IMG/VR virus record: IMGVR_UViG_3300004097_000004
Origin: an uncultured virus (IMG/VR IMGVR_UViG_3300004097_000004)
Lineage: Duplodnaviria > Heunggongvirae > Uroviricota > Caudoviricetes > Schitoviridae
Strand: one strand, 5' to 3'
DNA: 64,000 nucleotides
Below the pieces are notes generated by a model, which worked only from the letters and a program-made list of their open reading frames with translations, was not told where the DNA came from and made no database searches. Both the position numbers and the translations under genes were made by a program. Of the stretch, positions 29,101 through 38,009 are shown piece by piece; the stretch's first letter is position 1; every line of letters begins with the position of its first letter.

Positions 29101-32100
29101 GTACACAGTAACTCCCAGAACATACATCCGCCCTACGATAAATCTCTTATAATCATCAGACTCTACTTTCTCATAGGTAATCCAATAACGTTCCCAATTA
29201 GTGCTTAGTGAGATAGAAACTGACCCATCATTTGCTTTAGATGTGTTGCCTTGTGAGGTCGTTGAAGAAATGTTGGGGCTATCACCTTGATATAGGTAAT
29301 TACCTATAGTGATAGCAGCATCAGCTTTAGCATAGAAGCTAATAGTTAAGTATTTAGAACCACCTACACCATATATGCTTGCATTAAACCCATCAGCATA
29401 ATTACCTGATGTATTGGCTTTAGCAAGTATGCGAGTTCCCCTGTAGTACTCATCAATAGTTGAACTATAAGAAGACAAATCTCTACTATCAGGGAGTAGA
29501 TTAACACCACCAATTTCTATCAAATCAGTGTATTTATTTGATGCCTCTATTGCAGCTGCCTCTGCAGCTATAGCACTATCTTCGGCGTGTTTCTTGGCTT
29601 CACTTAGTTTGAGAACACTATCAGCAAGTAGCAATTCCTCAGATTCATCTACAATACCATCAGCGTATACTGCAGCTCTAGTCTCAGCAGCTTCAGCTTG
29701 AGCTTCAGAATATTCTTTTGCAGAGTTTATAGCTTCAATTGCTTTATCTGAAGCATTTTCTTTAGCGAGTTCTAATGCGGCCTCAGCTTGTTCTCTAGCA
29801 TAAGTTTGTACATCTGTGATAGTTGTTTCAATAACTTTAGTATATTCACCAGTTAATAGTACCTTAGCTTCGGCTATAGCCTTATTAGCATCATTCACTA
29901 TTTGGTTTACTGTAGTTATGTCAGCTTTACTGCTAATACTGGTATTGACAGTTGTTATCTTACTGTCTATGTAATTAATCAAATCCTCTGGTGCAACTGT
30001 CCAGTCCGTAGCTTTAGTACCCTTTTCAAGTTTGAGTTTGGTAGCATAAAGCACAGCTGTATTATTATCATCAGAACCCAGATTATCAAAACGTATCGTA
30101 GCATCTGACCCGACAATGGACGGAGTTGTAAATGTAAATACGTATCTCTCATATTCCGTAGTTAATGCAATACGTTTGCTTCTATGTCCGTTACCATCAA
30201 AGTTGATAAAGTATATATTAAACCCTCTAAGGTTACTTGTCTGCTTAGCTAAAAACGAAAGAGTATATGTAGTTTCAGCTTCTATAGTATCAAGAGGCAG
30301 CTTAACTTTGCTTAGTGCGGTATTTCCGCCAACCTCTCCTCTACTGTTAGTCATAACATAATCGGTAGTTTCTCTAATTAAGTTCCTACCACCAATCTCA
30401 ATAGCGTCCGTGTATTGATTAGCCAAAAGTAAAGCAGCAGCTTTCGCAGCATCTGCAGTTGTATTAGCATGTACCTTAGCTTCAGCCAGTTTTTTAACAC
30501 TGTCTTCAAGGAGTAGTTCTTCTGCCTCTGAAACTATACCATCAGCGTATACTTGTGCTCTTAAATCAGCAGCTTCGGCTTCAGCCAATGCATACTCATT
30601 AGCTGCTTTTATAGCATCATCTTTCTTTATCTGAGCATCTGCTTTAGCTGCTTTTAGAGCTTCACTAGCTTGAAGAGCAGCATACGTTTTAGTGTCTACT
30701 GTGGTGTCTTCAACAAGTTTGGTGTACTCACCTGTTATTACCACAGTAGCATCTGCTATTGCTTGGTTCGCATCGTTAACAACAGTATCTACTCTTGATA
30801 TATCAGCTTTAGAGTTGACAGTTTCTTTTACTGTATTAATCTCAGTATCTGTGTACTCCATAGCAGCCGTAAGAGCATCTGCTGTAAGTTTGTTTGATAT
30901 GTACTTAGCAGCTTCTTCAAACCTCTTAGAGAGTGTTTTAATAGCTGTCTGGTATTCACTAAACCTAAACTCTACCTCATTACTCTCACCTGTAGTTATA
31001 GCACTGTCAGATATAGATGATGTTATATACGAAACCAAGTTATTAAATGCTGTGTTGTAGGCACTCATAGCTGTGGACAAATTAGTCTTAGCTGTACTCA
31101 ATAGAGCAGCATTATTGTAGACTACTGCATATCTCTCATTCAGACTGTTCTTGTCTACTGTGATCTGATTAATCTCAGACTTAATAGATATGGCTTCAGT
31201 CTCTGAGATAATACCATCCCTGAAACTTGTAGTAATTTCATCTTCCAATTCATTGACAGAGCTAATAGCTGACAAGTAGTAATCAGTATTAGATTTTGCG
31301 TAGGCAGTTGGGGTATTACCCTTTTCTAGTTGTACAGTATTCGTGTCACCTACACTAAAGCTAAGCCTGATGTATGCAGCGTTACTTGGAGTTTCCAACA
31401 CCGCAATACCTGTCAGGTCTGACATCTTAGTAGCAGATATGAATTTCTTACCATTATCATAAAACACTAAGTTGGTTGTAGCACCTGGAAGGTTTATACC
31501 TGTAACAACGTACTGAGTAGATGCATAAACATCTATGTACGCAGTTATTCTCCAACTAGCTGCAATGGACTCACCACCCGTTGAATTAAGGTATTTACCT
31601 ACTATTAACCCTTCATCAAGATGGTTTATTAAGTTACCACCACCAATCTTTATATCACCTACAACATCATCAGAGTATTTTTTAAGACTTGTCACTGCCG
31701 TATTGATCGTAGCGGTGTACTCACCAGTAATTCTAGTCTCAGCAGCTGCTATAGACTGATTGGCATCACTCTCTACAGTATCAACTCTTGAGATATCAGC
31801 CTTAGACTCCACCATTTCAACTACTTGGTTGATAGAACCATCAGTGTAAGTTAAGGCATCTTGCGGTGCCGGTGACCAATCTGTAACTTGATTGCCAAGC
31901 TCTAGTTTAGGCTTTGCAAACCAAGTAACACTTGCAGAAGTTGCAGTCTTTAGTCGCACCCATAAGAGTTTAGTAGCAGCTATGCTAGATAGTGACTTCC
32001 ACTTAATCCATACACGTTGAGGTGTTGTGCCCTTTATATTAAAAGTGACCAAACCATCAAAACCAGATGTTTTAATCTGACCCTGTGACCCATAAGCTTC

Positions 32101-34629
32101 TATTGTATTTACTTCAGAAGTACCTAGTGGATTGAATATGAGTTGAAACTCTGTATTAGCTCCGCCAGTCCACACCCAACAACTAAATACATGCTCAGAC
32201 TCCCCTTCTAGAACATCAACATTTTTGCGGTATATAGTGACGTATTCGTCTGTGATATTAGTGGTGTATTTAGTTATCATGCCAAAACCAATAAACTTGG
32301 TTTTACCAGTGTTTATTGATGATGTGTCCTCAGACATTAGCTTAGTATCAAGCAGTAAGTTCTCACCACCTAAAGCTATGTTATTAAAGGTAGCAGTCAG
32401 ATTAGTTATATCTTCAGCAAATGCTTTATCACTTGCTGACTTGGCATTTTTTATCTCAATGATATCTGCACTGCTTTTATCTGTCTTAGTCTTTAAAGCA
32501 TCAACACTCTCAACAGTGGCTTCATAATCATTTACAAATGCAGTAAAGTTATTTTCATACTCTACCTTATTGTTTTCAAATTCTAGGTCTAGTGTCTCAA
32601 TCAGTTGTGCATTAGCCTCAACATCATTGACAACAATTTCTAGAGCATCTGTGAAATCACCTCTAGCAGCATCAACTTTAGCAGTAAGCACTTCTTTAGT
32701 TGCTACGATACTTTCTTTGTTCGTAGTACTGGCTAAAGATACTCTACTTATCTCTGCAGTGTTCTCACCCACAGTAGCTGACAATGTATCTATAGTTTCA
32801 GCTGTGGCTTCATTAGCAGCTACCTGTACACGTTTGAACTCTGTGATATCTGCAGTAACAGTATCTATTAATTCACCTGTATCTTCAGGGGCTGCAGTCC
32901 AGTCAGTAGCCTTGTTGCCTTGTTCTAGCTTAATGGCAGTTACGGCAAACCAATCGTTAGTCTCAGCACCATTAGCACCAATGATTATACTGCCGTTGGT
33001 TGCGCTGAAGTCTGCTATAAATACCAACTCTGTTCTTACACCTAGTGAAGTAGTTATAGGTGCATTGGGTAGGTTCATTGCACCGTTGCCGGTGCCCCGA
33101 ACCCAAATGTCATTAATTTCGTCAATGCTACCCTCTGCGTAGAAAGACAATACATAGCTTTTACCCGCTACTATATTGATAGTTTGGTAACGCTCTTCCG
33201 GCTCTATACCGAAGTAAGTAGTGTCATCGCCTACGTTAGTAATAGTTAACAAGTTACCTAGTATATTGTCTGTCTCTACAGCCGCTGCAGTACCCCATAA
33301 TTTATAGCCAAGTCTGAAGTCAGAGTTACGCAGTAAGTTACGACCACCAATGTCTATACCATCAATTCTTGCAGATAGGTTATTGGTTGTACTGGCTATG
33401 ACCTCTTCATTATTAGCAGTAATGGTTTCAAGATTAGTAATCTTACCTTTGCCAATTTCACTATCTGCTTCTAGAGTATTCAGTTTGCTTACAACAGTTT
33501 CATACTTGTCTGTGGTGATCGTATTTATCTCTTCTATACGACCTTCATTGGCACCTGTTCTACCCTCTAACGTTTTAGTGGTTTGAGTGAGTGTGCCAAA
33601 CTTCGTAGCATTAGTCTCACGCTCTTCTACTATCTGTGAGCTGTTCTCACCTATTCTACTGTCCATAGCAAGGATAGTAAGTGCTGTGGCTTCGTTGCGG
33701 GTTACTTGAACCTCTTTGAATTCATCAATACTTGATTGCACAGATGAGATGTACCCATCCACATCTTCTGGTGCAGGAGTCCAATCAGTGGCTCTAGTAC
33801 CTATCTCAAGCTTTAGTAGAGATACACTAAACCAGTCTTCAGCTGTGCCTGAGCTTGCGCCTATGACGAAGCCAATATCATTACCACCGATAGGGGCTGT
33901 GAATACTATGTGCCTTCTCTCGCTTAAATCTGTAGACATCTCAATGACTTGCAGTTTAGACAATGTACCGTCAGCACTCTCTAGGTATACCTCATCTAGT
34001 AGCGTTACTGACCCAAAACCATAGAATGACAGTGAGTACTTGTTACCCTGTATCATCTTAATTTGTTTGAACTCATCCAATGCTGAGATACCAAAAGCAC
34101 CTTCACCTGTGCTGTTCATACGGTGCATTGTGCCTATGTAGTGATCAGACTCTACAATGTTTACAGCACCCCAAGACTCATAGCCTTTAGTAAAGGTACT
34201 ATTAACAATTAGGTTTCTACCACCCACAATTATATCGTCAAGACTTGCTTGAAGATTTGTATTAATACTGGCCTGTGCTTTGTTCTGTGATGCTGAAACT
34301 TCACGTATCTCTGTTATAGCTGCAGTTGCATTTACTGCATGTGCTTCTAAGACTTCTGTACGTCTAGCACCTGCACTGAACAGGTCTGCCCATGCTTCTT
34401 GTTGGTCTGTAATACGTGCTGAGTTTTCACCTACAGATATTGTTATCTCATTAAACATACCCTCATAACGGGCACTGAATAAAGCACTACCACTCACAGA
34501 GTACAATAGGGACGCACGTACCTGATATAGATACTCATCACCTAACACTCTGTAGTAGTTGATAGGTACAAAATTACTCATGTACTCTTTAACGCCCTCT
34601 GGATCGTTTTCAATTACACTTAAATCCAT
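26134..34629 (-). CDS. Giant modular tail fibre / host-specificity protein (2831 aa)
   Basis: Nine GGxNL...KLExGxxATDWxPAPED-type beta modules separated by coiled coils; gpJ/DUF1983-like WSVKLDINGYISGI; IxxAKIAxLAV repeats. Confidence 0.85.
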   Translation of the reverse strand: MDLSVIENDPEGVKEYMSNFVPINYYRVLGDEYLYQVRASLLYSVSGSALFSARYEGMFNEITISVGENSARITDQQEAWADLFSAGARRTEVLEAHAVNATAAITEIREVSASQNKAQASINTNLQASLDDIIVGGRNLIVNSTFTKGYESWGAVNIVESDHYIGTMHRMNSTGEGAFGISALDEFKQIKMIQGNKYSLSFYGFGSVTLLDEVYLESADGTLSKLQVIEMSTDLSERRHIVFTAPIGGNDIGFVIGASSGTAEDWFSVSLLKLEIGTRATDWTPAPEDVDGYISSVQSSIDEFKEVQVTRNEATALTILAMDSRIGENSSQIVEERETNATKFGTLTQTTKTLEGRTGANEGRIEEINTITTDKYETVVSKLNTLEADSEIGKGKITNLETITANNEEVIASTTNNLSARIDGIDIGGRNLLRNSDFRLGYKLWGTAAAVETDNILGNLLTITNVGDDTTYFGIEPEERYQTINIVAGKSYVLSFYAEGSIDEINDIWVRGTGNGAMNLPNAPITTSLGVRTELVFIADFSATNGSIIIGANGAETNDWFAVTAIKLEQGNKATDWTAAPEDTGELIDTVTADITEFKRVQVAANEATAETIDTLSATVGENTAEISRVSLASTTNKESIVATKEVLTAKVDAARGDFTDALEIVVNDVEANAQLIETLDLEFENNKVEYENNFTAFVNDYEATVESVDALKTKTDKSSADIIEIKNAKSASDKAFAEDITNLTATFNNIALGGENLLLDTKLMSEDTSSINTGKTKFIGFGMITKYTTNITDEYVTIYRKNVDVLEGESEHVFSCWVWTGGANTEFQLIFNPLGTSEVNTIEAYGSQGQIKTSGFDGLVTFNIKGTTPQRVWIKWKSLSSIAATKLLWVRLKTATSASVTWFAKPKLELGNQVTDWSPAPQDALTYTDGSINQVVEMVESKADISRVDTVESDANQSIAAAETRITGEYTATINTAVTSLKKYSDDVVGDIKIGGGNLINHLDEGLIVGKYLNSTGGESIAASWRITAYIDVYASTQYVVTGINLPGATTNLVFYDNGKKFISATKMSDLTGIAVLETPSNAAYIRLSFSVGDTNTVQLEKGNTPTAYAKSNTDYYLSAISSVNELEDEITTSFRDGIISETEAISIKSEINQITVDKNSLNERYAVVYNNAALLSTAKTNLSTAMSAYNTAFNNLVSYITSSISDSAITTGESNEVEFRFSEYQTAIKTLSKRFEEAAKYISNKLTADALTAAMEYTDTEINTVKETVNSKADISRVDTVVNDANQAIADATVVITGEYTKLVEDTTVDTKTYAALQASEALKAAKADAQIKKDDAIKAANEYALAEAEAADLRAQVYADGIVSEAEELLLEDSVKKLAEAKVHANTTADAAKAAALLLANQYTDAIEIGGRNLIRETTDYVMTNSRGEVGGNTALSKVKLPLDTIEAETTYTLSFLAKQTSNLRGFNIYFINFDGNGHRSKRIALTTEYERYVFTFTTPSIVGSDATIRFDNLGSDDNNTAVLYATKLKLEKGTKATDWTVAPEDLINYIDSKITTVNTSISSKADITTVNQIVNDANKAIAEAKVLLTGEYTKVIETTITDVQTYAREQAEAALELAKENASDKAIEAINSAKEYSEAQAEAAETRAAVYADGIVDESEELLLADSVLKLSEAKKHAEDSAIAAEAAAIEASNKYTDLIEIGGVNLLPDSRDLSSYSSTIDEYYRGTRILAKANTSGNYADGFNASIYGVGGSKYLTISFYAKADAAITIGNYLYQGDSPNISSTTSQGNTSKANDGSVSISLSTNWERYWITYEKVESDDYKRFIVGRMYVLGVTVYLTAIKIEKGNKATEWSPAPEDIVDLVDSEISRVTTIVDSKASSERVDNIVTDADGALVDAKNELKADYDKQISDMGLVLDAKASASELTTVKGDAEEALAQMGIDLTAAFTVSDNLFSLGDCLAASELAGDYKVNTPNHQYMQTYIPLSGSSTKLAVQVWNPNKLTSNNTNRISFYAEDKTYISSGVNMQNMNGTSYVYKSVSIPANAKWIRIGVVVGVTDIDPAVLIKVEEGDPTPWKVSGLDINSNVASLRNESTTRATELEAMGEITSAIDVVAKDAQARVEDTEIAISDLDKALAESSSSLEAKFSKLKFGGNNLLLQSRLLTGQDALVEYTGGSGIAGFNYLFARLPNDEDYPTLYRQNVPLEVGETEHTFSCYLWTGGASSQFQVIFNPLGETGRYTEVSIGSQGQYSTTQVDGMVTFTLATNTPTFVWVKWVSKATVAGNKLLWVRLNGLTSSAINNYMTKPMLVSGSVVADWSPAADDIELDITNNEALITTESKTRSDQYIAMSNRMVNVESKSTDAASAITRIDKTISGNTQSVAESLTTLKAETAKLQGTGTNLIPNSKDMEGEPYRTDLYYGGFSVLAVNGSRNNLNYENAMVVELSDLLAGNYVLSFYAKANKSTNDVRCYFYAPNSTTSAVSSTGQTSNKINGEIDVTLTTEWQKYWIKWTHTPSEGIKRLVIGRSFGSVVVNIAAPMFTEGVVIPAWQDSLSANIEETKKAVATVNGLSAQWSVKLDINGYISGITQYNDGVSSQFVVQANVFKVVSGTNLTAPFKVVNGTTYLDNTIIKDGDITNAKIASLAVTSAKIASLAVDNSKIANLAVTNGKIAALAVDTLQIAGNAVTVAGLFYSEQEDTFNIAATESEVAVVTINPAGGSVAVSFGFETLTVSDYGDRTGATLILRLKRDSTVLRTIKFTAARRTGSTLYENKIIREFVTFATMLDSPPTGSRRYAVTAQTENTNEDEITLKMKARSLMVSGAKK

Positions 34630-34757
34630 TTCTGTTCTCGCTAGTAATAGTTAATGAAGTTATCTTAACTAACTGGTATCCTTTCTACCTAATTTATCAA
34701 GCATTCTGCTTGTCCCCCCGCTGTGCTAAACAGCGTTTAACCCGTCAAGGATTTATA

Positions 34758-34979
34758 ATGTCTTTTTTTAAGTTTGCTAAAAATAGAGGAAAACTTTTCG
34801 TAGTCATACACCGTATGGGTGTAAAGCATGTAAGAGGCTATACCCACATTATTAAGTTGGGACTAGCTGAAAAGCGTTTAGTATTCTGCTTACGACCTGA
34901 AGATATGCTTGAACTTCGTGACCGTTTACTTGAAGAGTACCCTCTTAACGACTACCCAAAAGGAAAATTTGATGAATAA
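34758..34979 (+). CDS. Hypothetical protein
   Basis: AAGGA RBS before ATG34758. Confidence 0.6.
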   Translation: MSFFKFAKNRGKLFVVIHRMGVKHVRGYTHIIKLGLAEKRLVFCLRPEDMLELRDRLLEEYPLNDYPKGKFDE

Positions 34980-35841
34980 TTTAGAACACCAATACATCAC
35001 ATTATGTGAAAGTATTTTAGAGTACGGCAATACCAAGAGTGACCGTACTGGTACAGGTACTAAGTCTATATTTGGTGCCACATTACGTGTAGACCTGCAA
35101 GAAGGCTTCCCTTTATTAACAACCAAGTCAGTTCACTTCAAATCAGTAGTGACTGAATTACTATGGTTTTTAATGGGTGAAACCAGTACTAAGTATCTCA
35201 AAGATCAGAGTAATAGAATTTGGGATGCATGGGCTACAGACGCAGGTGAAGTTGGGCCTATGTATGGTAAGCAATGGCGTAAGTGGTCAGGCCACAGTAC
35301 ACGTGGTGAGTATGTAGAAATTGATCAGATTAAAGAGCTTGTGAATACCATCGTACGTGATCCAGACAGCCGCCGTATGCTTGTTAATGCATGGAATGTG
35401 GCTGACCTACCTAAAAGCGGTGTAACACCACAGGGTAACGCAGAGCATGGTTATATGGCATTAGCCCCTTGCCACCATTCATTCCAGTGTTATGTAGAAG
35501 ATGGTAAGCTGTCTATGCTTGTCAATCAGCGCAGTGCTGACCTATTCCTAGGTGTGCCTTTCAACCTTGCTAGCTATGCTCTATTAACCCATATGCTTGC
35601 TCAAGTTACTAGCCTAGAAGTAGGTGATTTAATTTGGAATGGTGGGGATGTTCATATCTACTCAAACCATGAAGCACAGGTACGCACACAGATTGATCGT
35701 TACTATGCAGGTCAAGTGTTCTCACTGCCTAAATTACATCTCAATCCTGACACACTAAATATTGATGACTTTGGTTTAGAAAACATTGGTATCATCAATT
35801 ATATGCATGCAGGTAAACTAACCGGACCAGTAGCCGTATAA
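34972..35841 (+). CDS. thyA: Thymidylate synthase
   Basis: DRTGTGT, FPLLTTK, ELLWF, ALAPCH, QRSADLFLGVPFN, HIYSNH. Confidence 0.97.
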   Translation: MNNLEHQYITLCESILEYGNTKSDRTGTGTKSIFGATLRVDLQEGFPLLTTKSVHFKSVVTELLWFLMGETSTKYLKDQSNRIWDAWATDAGEVGPMYGKQWRKWSGHSTRGEYVEIDQIKELVNTIVRDPDSRRMLVNAWNVADLPKSGVTPQGNAEHGYMALAPCHHSFQCYVEDGKLSMLVNQRSADLFLGVPFNLASYALLTHMLAQVTSLEVGDLIWNGGDVHIYSNHEAQVRTQIDRYYAGQVFSLPKLHLNPDTLNIDDFGLENIGIINYMHAGKLTGPVAV

Positions 35842-35850
35842 GGAACTACA

Positions 35851-36177
35851 ATGAGTAATAATGTGATGTACCCACCTGAAGATATAAAAAGACAGGCGAT
35901 AGAAAATGCTGAAAACATGTCAGCACGTATGGCAGGTATGGCTATTTTCAATCCTATGGAAAGTAAAGACAGACTGCCTCCATACCTATCACGTATGCAG
36001 AGTGAATTTTTTGAGTTAAACATCAAATATAAGGCACTGCACGCCATGTTATCAAAACCTCAACCCGAGCAAGTTAGCAGTCAAGCTTGGGACTTAATGG
36101 AACAACAATTGGATGCTATGCAAGAGTACCGCAGTACCTTACTAGCTCGTATCACTTTAGCCTTGGAAGAGATGTAA
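35851..36177 (+). CDS. crAss001_48 / Y16Q-like protein
   Basis: RM..E..EL..K..AL...L..QLDAM..Y...L.ARI pattern. Confidence 0.7.
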   Translation: MSNNVMYPPEDIKRQAIENAENMSARMAGMAIFNPMESKDRLPPYLSRMQSEFFELNIKYKALHAMLSKPQPEQVSSQAWDLMEQQLDAMQEYRSTLLARITLALEEM

Positions 36178-36178
36178 T

Positions 36179-36433
36179 ATGAAAATCACACAACAATTTT
36201 TAGAAGACCAAATAGCAGCAATGCCTAAGTATATTTTCCCTACTAAGCGTACTACTATCTGTATTATTACTACCTTAGATGGTAGTGAATTTATTGGCGT
36301 AACCACCTGTGCTAGTGAAGACTCTGTGGATCCTGAAGAAGGTAAGTCACGTTCTTACGCTGCTGCTTTCAAGCAGATGTGGATGCCTTACAACTTTGCA
36401 CTCCGTCAACGTGTATACGAAGCGGGGTTATAG
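36179..36433 (+). CDS. N4 Gp49 / Sf6 gp66-family protein
   Basis: TTICII...G..FIG...C....DPEEGK...A...W...FAL pattern. Confidence 0.75.
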   Translation: MKITQQFLEDQIAAMPKYIFPTKRTTICIITTLDGSEFIGVTTCASEDSVDPEEGKSRSYAAAFKQMWMPYNFALRQRVYEAGL

Positions 36434-36649
36434 ATGTCTTGGGTTTCTGTACAACAGCTACAAGGTAATACCAAACAGCTTGAAACTGAAACCCACCTAT
36501 ACATACTGTTCTTTGACTCAATAGAGAAAATGTTTAAAGTTATCTACATTGAGCATAGTACAGGCAAGGTGGGTAATAAACTATGGTCAACATCAGAACA
36601 GGCAGAAGATTGGGTAGAGAATGTCCATGTGCCTGCTAAGGCTAAGTAA
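36434..36649 (+). CDS. Hypothetical protein
   Basis: Abutting ORF. Confidence 0.6.
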   Translation: MSWVSVQQLQGNTKQLETETHLYILFFDSIEKMFKVIYIEHSTGKVGNKLWSTSEQAEDWVENVHVPAKAK

Positions 36650-36966
36650 TGGCATTTGCATTTAAAGGTTACATGCGTATGTATGTTAAAACCTTACACT
36701 CTAAAACCAATAAAGTTCAGTATACAGAGCAATGGGCTGATAATCACAAGCGTAGTAAGATACTAGGTAAAGCACGCAAGTACTCTATTACTATCTATCT
36801 TTACAACACCTCTGGTCAACATATTGTAGAAACCATGCCCTTAAGCTTTAAGGGTAGCCAAGAGACTCTAAGCACTCTTATTCATCAAGAGGTTAACCGT
36901 ATGATGCAAGAGAACCCATATCAAGAATTTGATTTGATCAACAGCTACATAAACATACGGGTTTGA
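36649..36966 (+). CDS. Hypothetical protein
   Basis: TAATG-coupled ORF. Confidence 0.65.
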   Translation: MAFAFKGYMRMYVKTLHSKTNKVQYTEQWADNHKRSKILGKARKYSITIYLYNTSGQHIVETMPLSFKGSQETLSTLIHQEVNRMMQENPYQEFDLINSYINIRV

Positions 36967-36967
36967 T

Positions 36968-37216
36968 ATGCAATTACCGGCCAGTGTATTCAGAGATGCT
37001 TTAAGCAAACAGCTGATAGCACTCAGAGAGAGTAGAGCACTCACTCGTAGGGCCTTAGCTAAGCAACTAAGCTACAGTTACTACGTTCTTACAGCCAAAG
37101 AGACTGGTGAGTGTCCAGTGAACTCAGATGACCTAGCAGCGTATGCTAGGTTGTTTGGTATATTCCCATCAGATATTGTCTCACTAGCTGAGCAATCATT
37201 AATCAACAGGAATTAA
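36968..37216 (+). CDS. XRE-family HTH protein
   Basis: LRESRALTRRALAKQL...ETG. Confidence 0.75.
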   Translation: MQLPASVFRDALSKQLIALRESRALTRRALAKQLSYSYYVLTAKETGECPVNSDDLAAYARLFGIFPSDIVSLAEQSLINRN

Positions 37217-37217
37217 T

Positions 37218-37424
37218 ATGTTTATAGAAATACAGACACACGAAGCAGAAGCATTAATCTGTTTAAAAGGGGTTAGCCGTATTGCACGAATGGGTAAGAT
37301 CATCAGAGTAATTTATTTGAATGGTTCTGAGGATCGTTTTGAGTTCGTAAATAATGAGGCAGCATCGGAAGCCCATAGAACTACTTGTAAACAAGTAAGA
37401 GATTGGGAGAATTTACTATGCTAA
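37218..37424 (+). CDS. Hypothetical protein
   Basis: AGGA RBS. Confidence 0.6.
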   Translation: MFIEIQTHEAEALICLKGVSRIARMGKIIRVIYLNGSEDRFEFVNNEAASEAHRTTCKQVRDWENLLC

Positions 37425-37960
37425 TAGGTATTCATGGTTTAGCACAAAGCGGTAAAACCACAGTAACTGGTATACTTATGGATTACATACCTAAATGCGG
37501 TACTGACTCATTTGCTGCACCTATCAAACACATGCTAAGTGTTATGGGTGTTGATTGCTCTGAAGACATGAAGAATGTCGTACACCCTAGTTATGGTCAC
37601 ACACCACGTAAGATGATGCAGTCTTTAGGTACAGAATGGGGTCGTGAAATTATAGGTAATGACACATGGATTAAAGCATTGGATATGCGTACCCAACCAC
37701 TTAATCTGATCATTTCTGATGTACGTATGGAGAATGAAGCAGATTACGTACGTGGCAAAGGTGGTATAATTATCCACATACATGGTCGTGGTGGAATAGA
37801 GGGTGGACACTCTAGTGAGGCCGGACTTATAGTAAAGAATGGTGATGCTGTAATCAACAATATTACTTTACCTAATATAAACCAAGAAGAATCACTAGCA
37901 CTACTTCGCACCAAGGTGTTAGAAACTCTTGTAGTTATATTATCCAATAAATATCTTTAA
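37418..37960 (+). CDS. Deoxynucleoside monophosphate kinase
   Basis: IGIHGLAQSGKTT, SFAAPIK, TPRKMMQSLGTEWGR, ISDVR..NE, HSSE. Confidence 0.9.
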   Translation: MLIGIHGLAQSGKTTVTGILMDYIPKCGTDSFAAPIKHMLSVMGVDCSEDMKNVVHPSYGHTPRKMMQSLGTEWGREIIGNDTWIKALDMRTQPLNLIISDVRMENEADYVRGKGGIIIHIHGRGGIEGGHSSEAGLIVKNGDAVINNITLPNINQEESLALLRTKVLETLVVILSNKYL

Positions 37961-37961
37961 G

Positions 37962-37986
37962 CCGCACTCGTGCGGTTTTTCGCTTT
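37962..37986 (+). promoter_or_regulatory. Putative hairpin promoter, class B
   Basis: CCGCAC-TC-GTGCGG-TTTTTCGCT. Confidence 0.6.
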
Positions 37987-38009
37987 AATTATAGTCATTA
38001 AGGACTTCA

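Noticed and set aside
27386..34468. Many plus-strand ORFs inside the tail gene (and similarly inside the vRNAP gene)
   Set aside because: Antisense shadows of long ORFs, with Ser/Leu/Val-rich composition and no RBS.
26134..34629. Diversity-generating retroelement or invertible tail cassette
   Set aside because: No reverse transcriptase or invertase in the window; the repeats are diverged at the protein level rather than adenine-specific TR/VR pairs.
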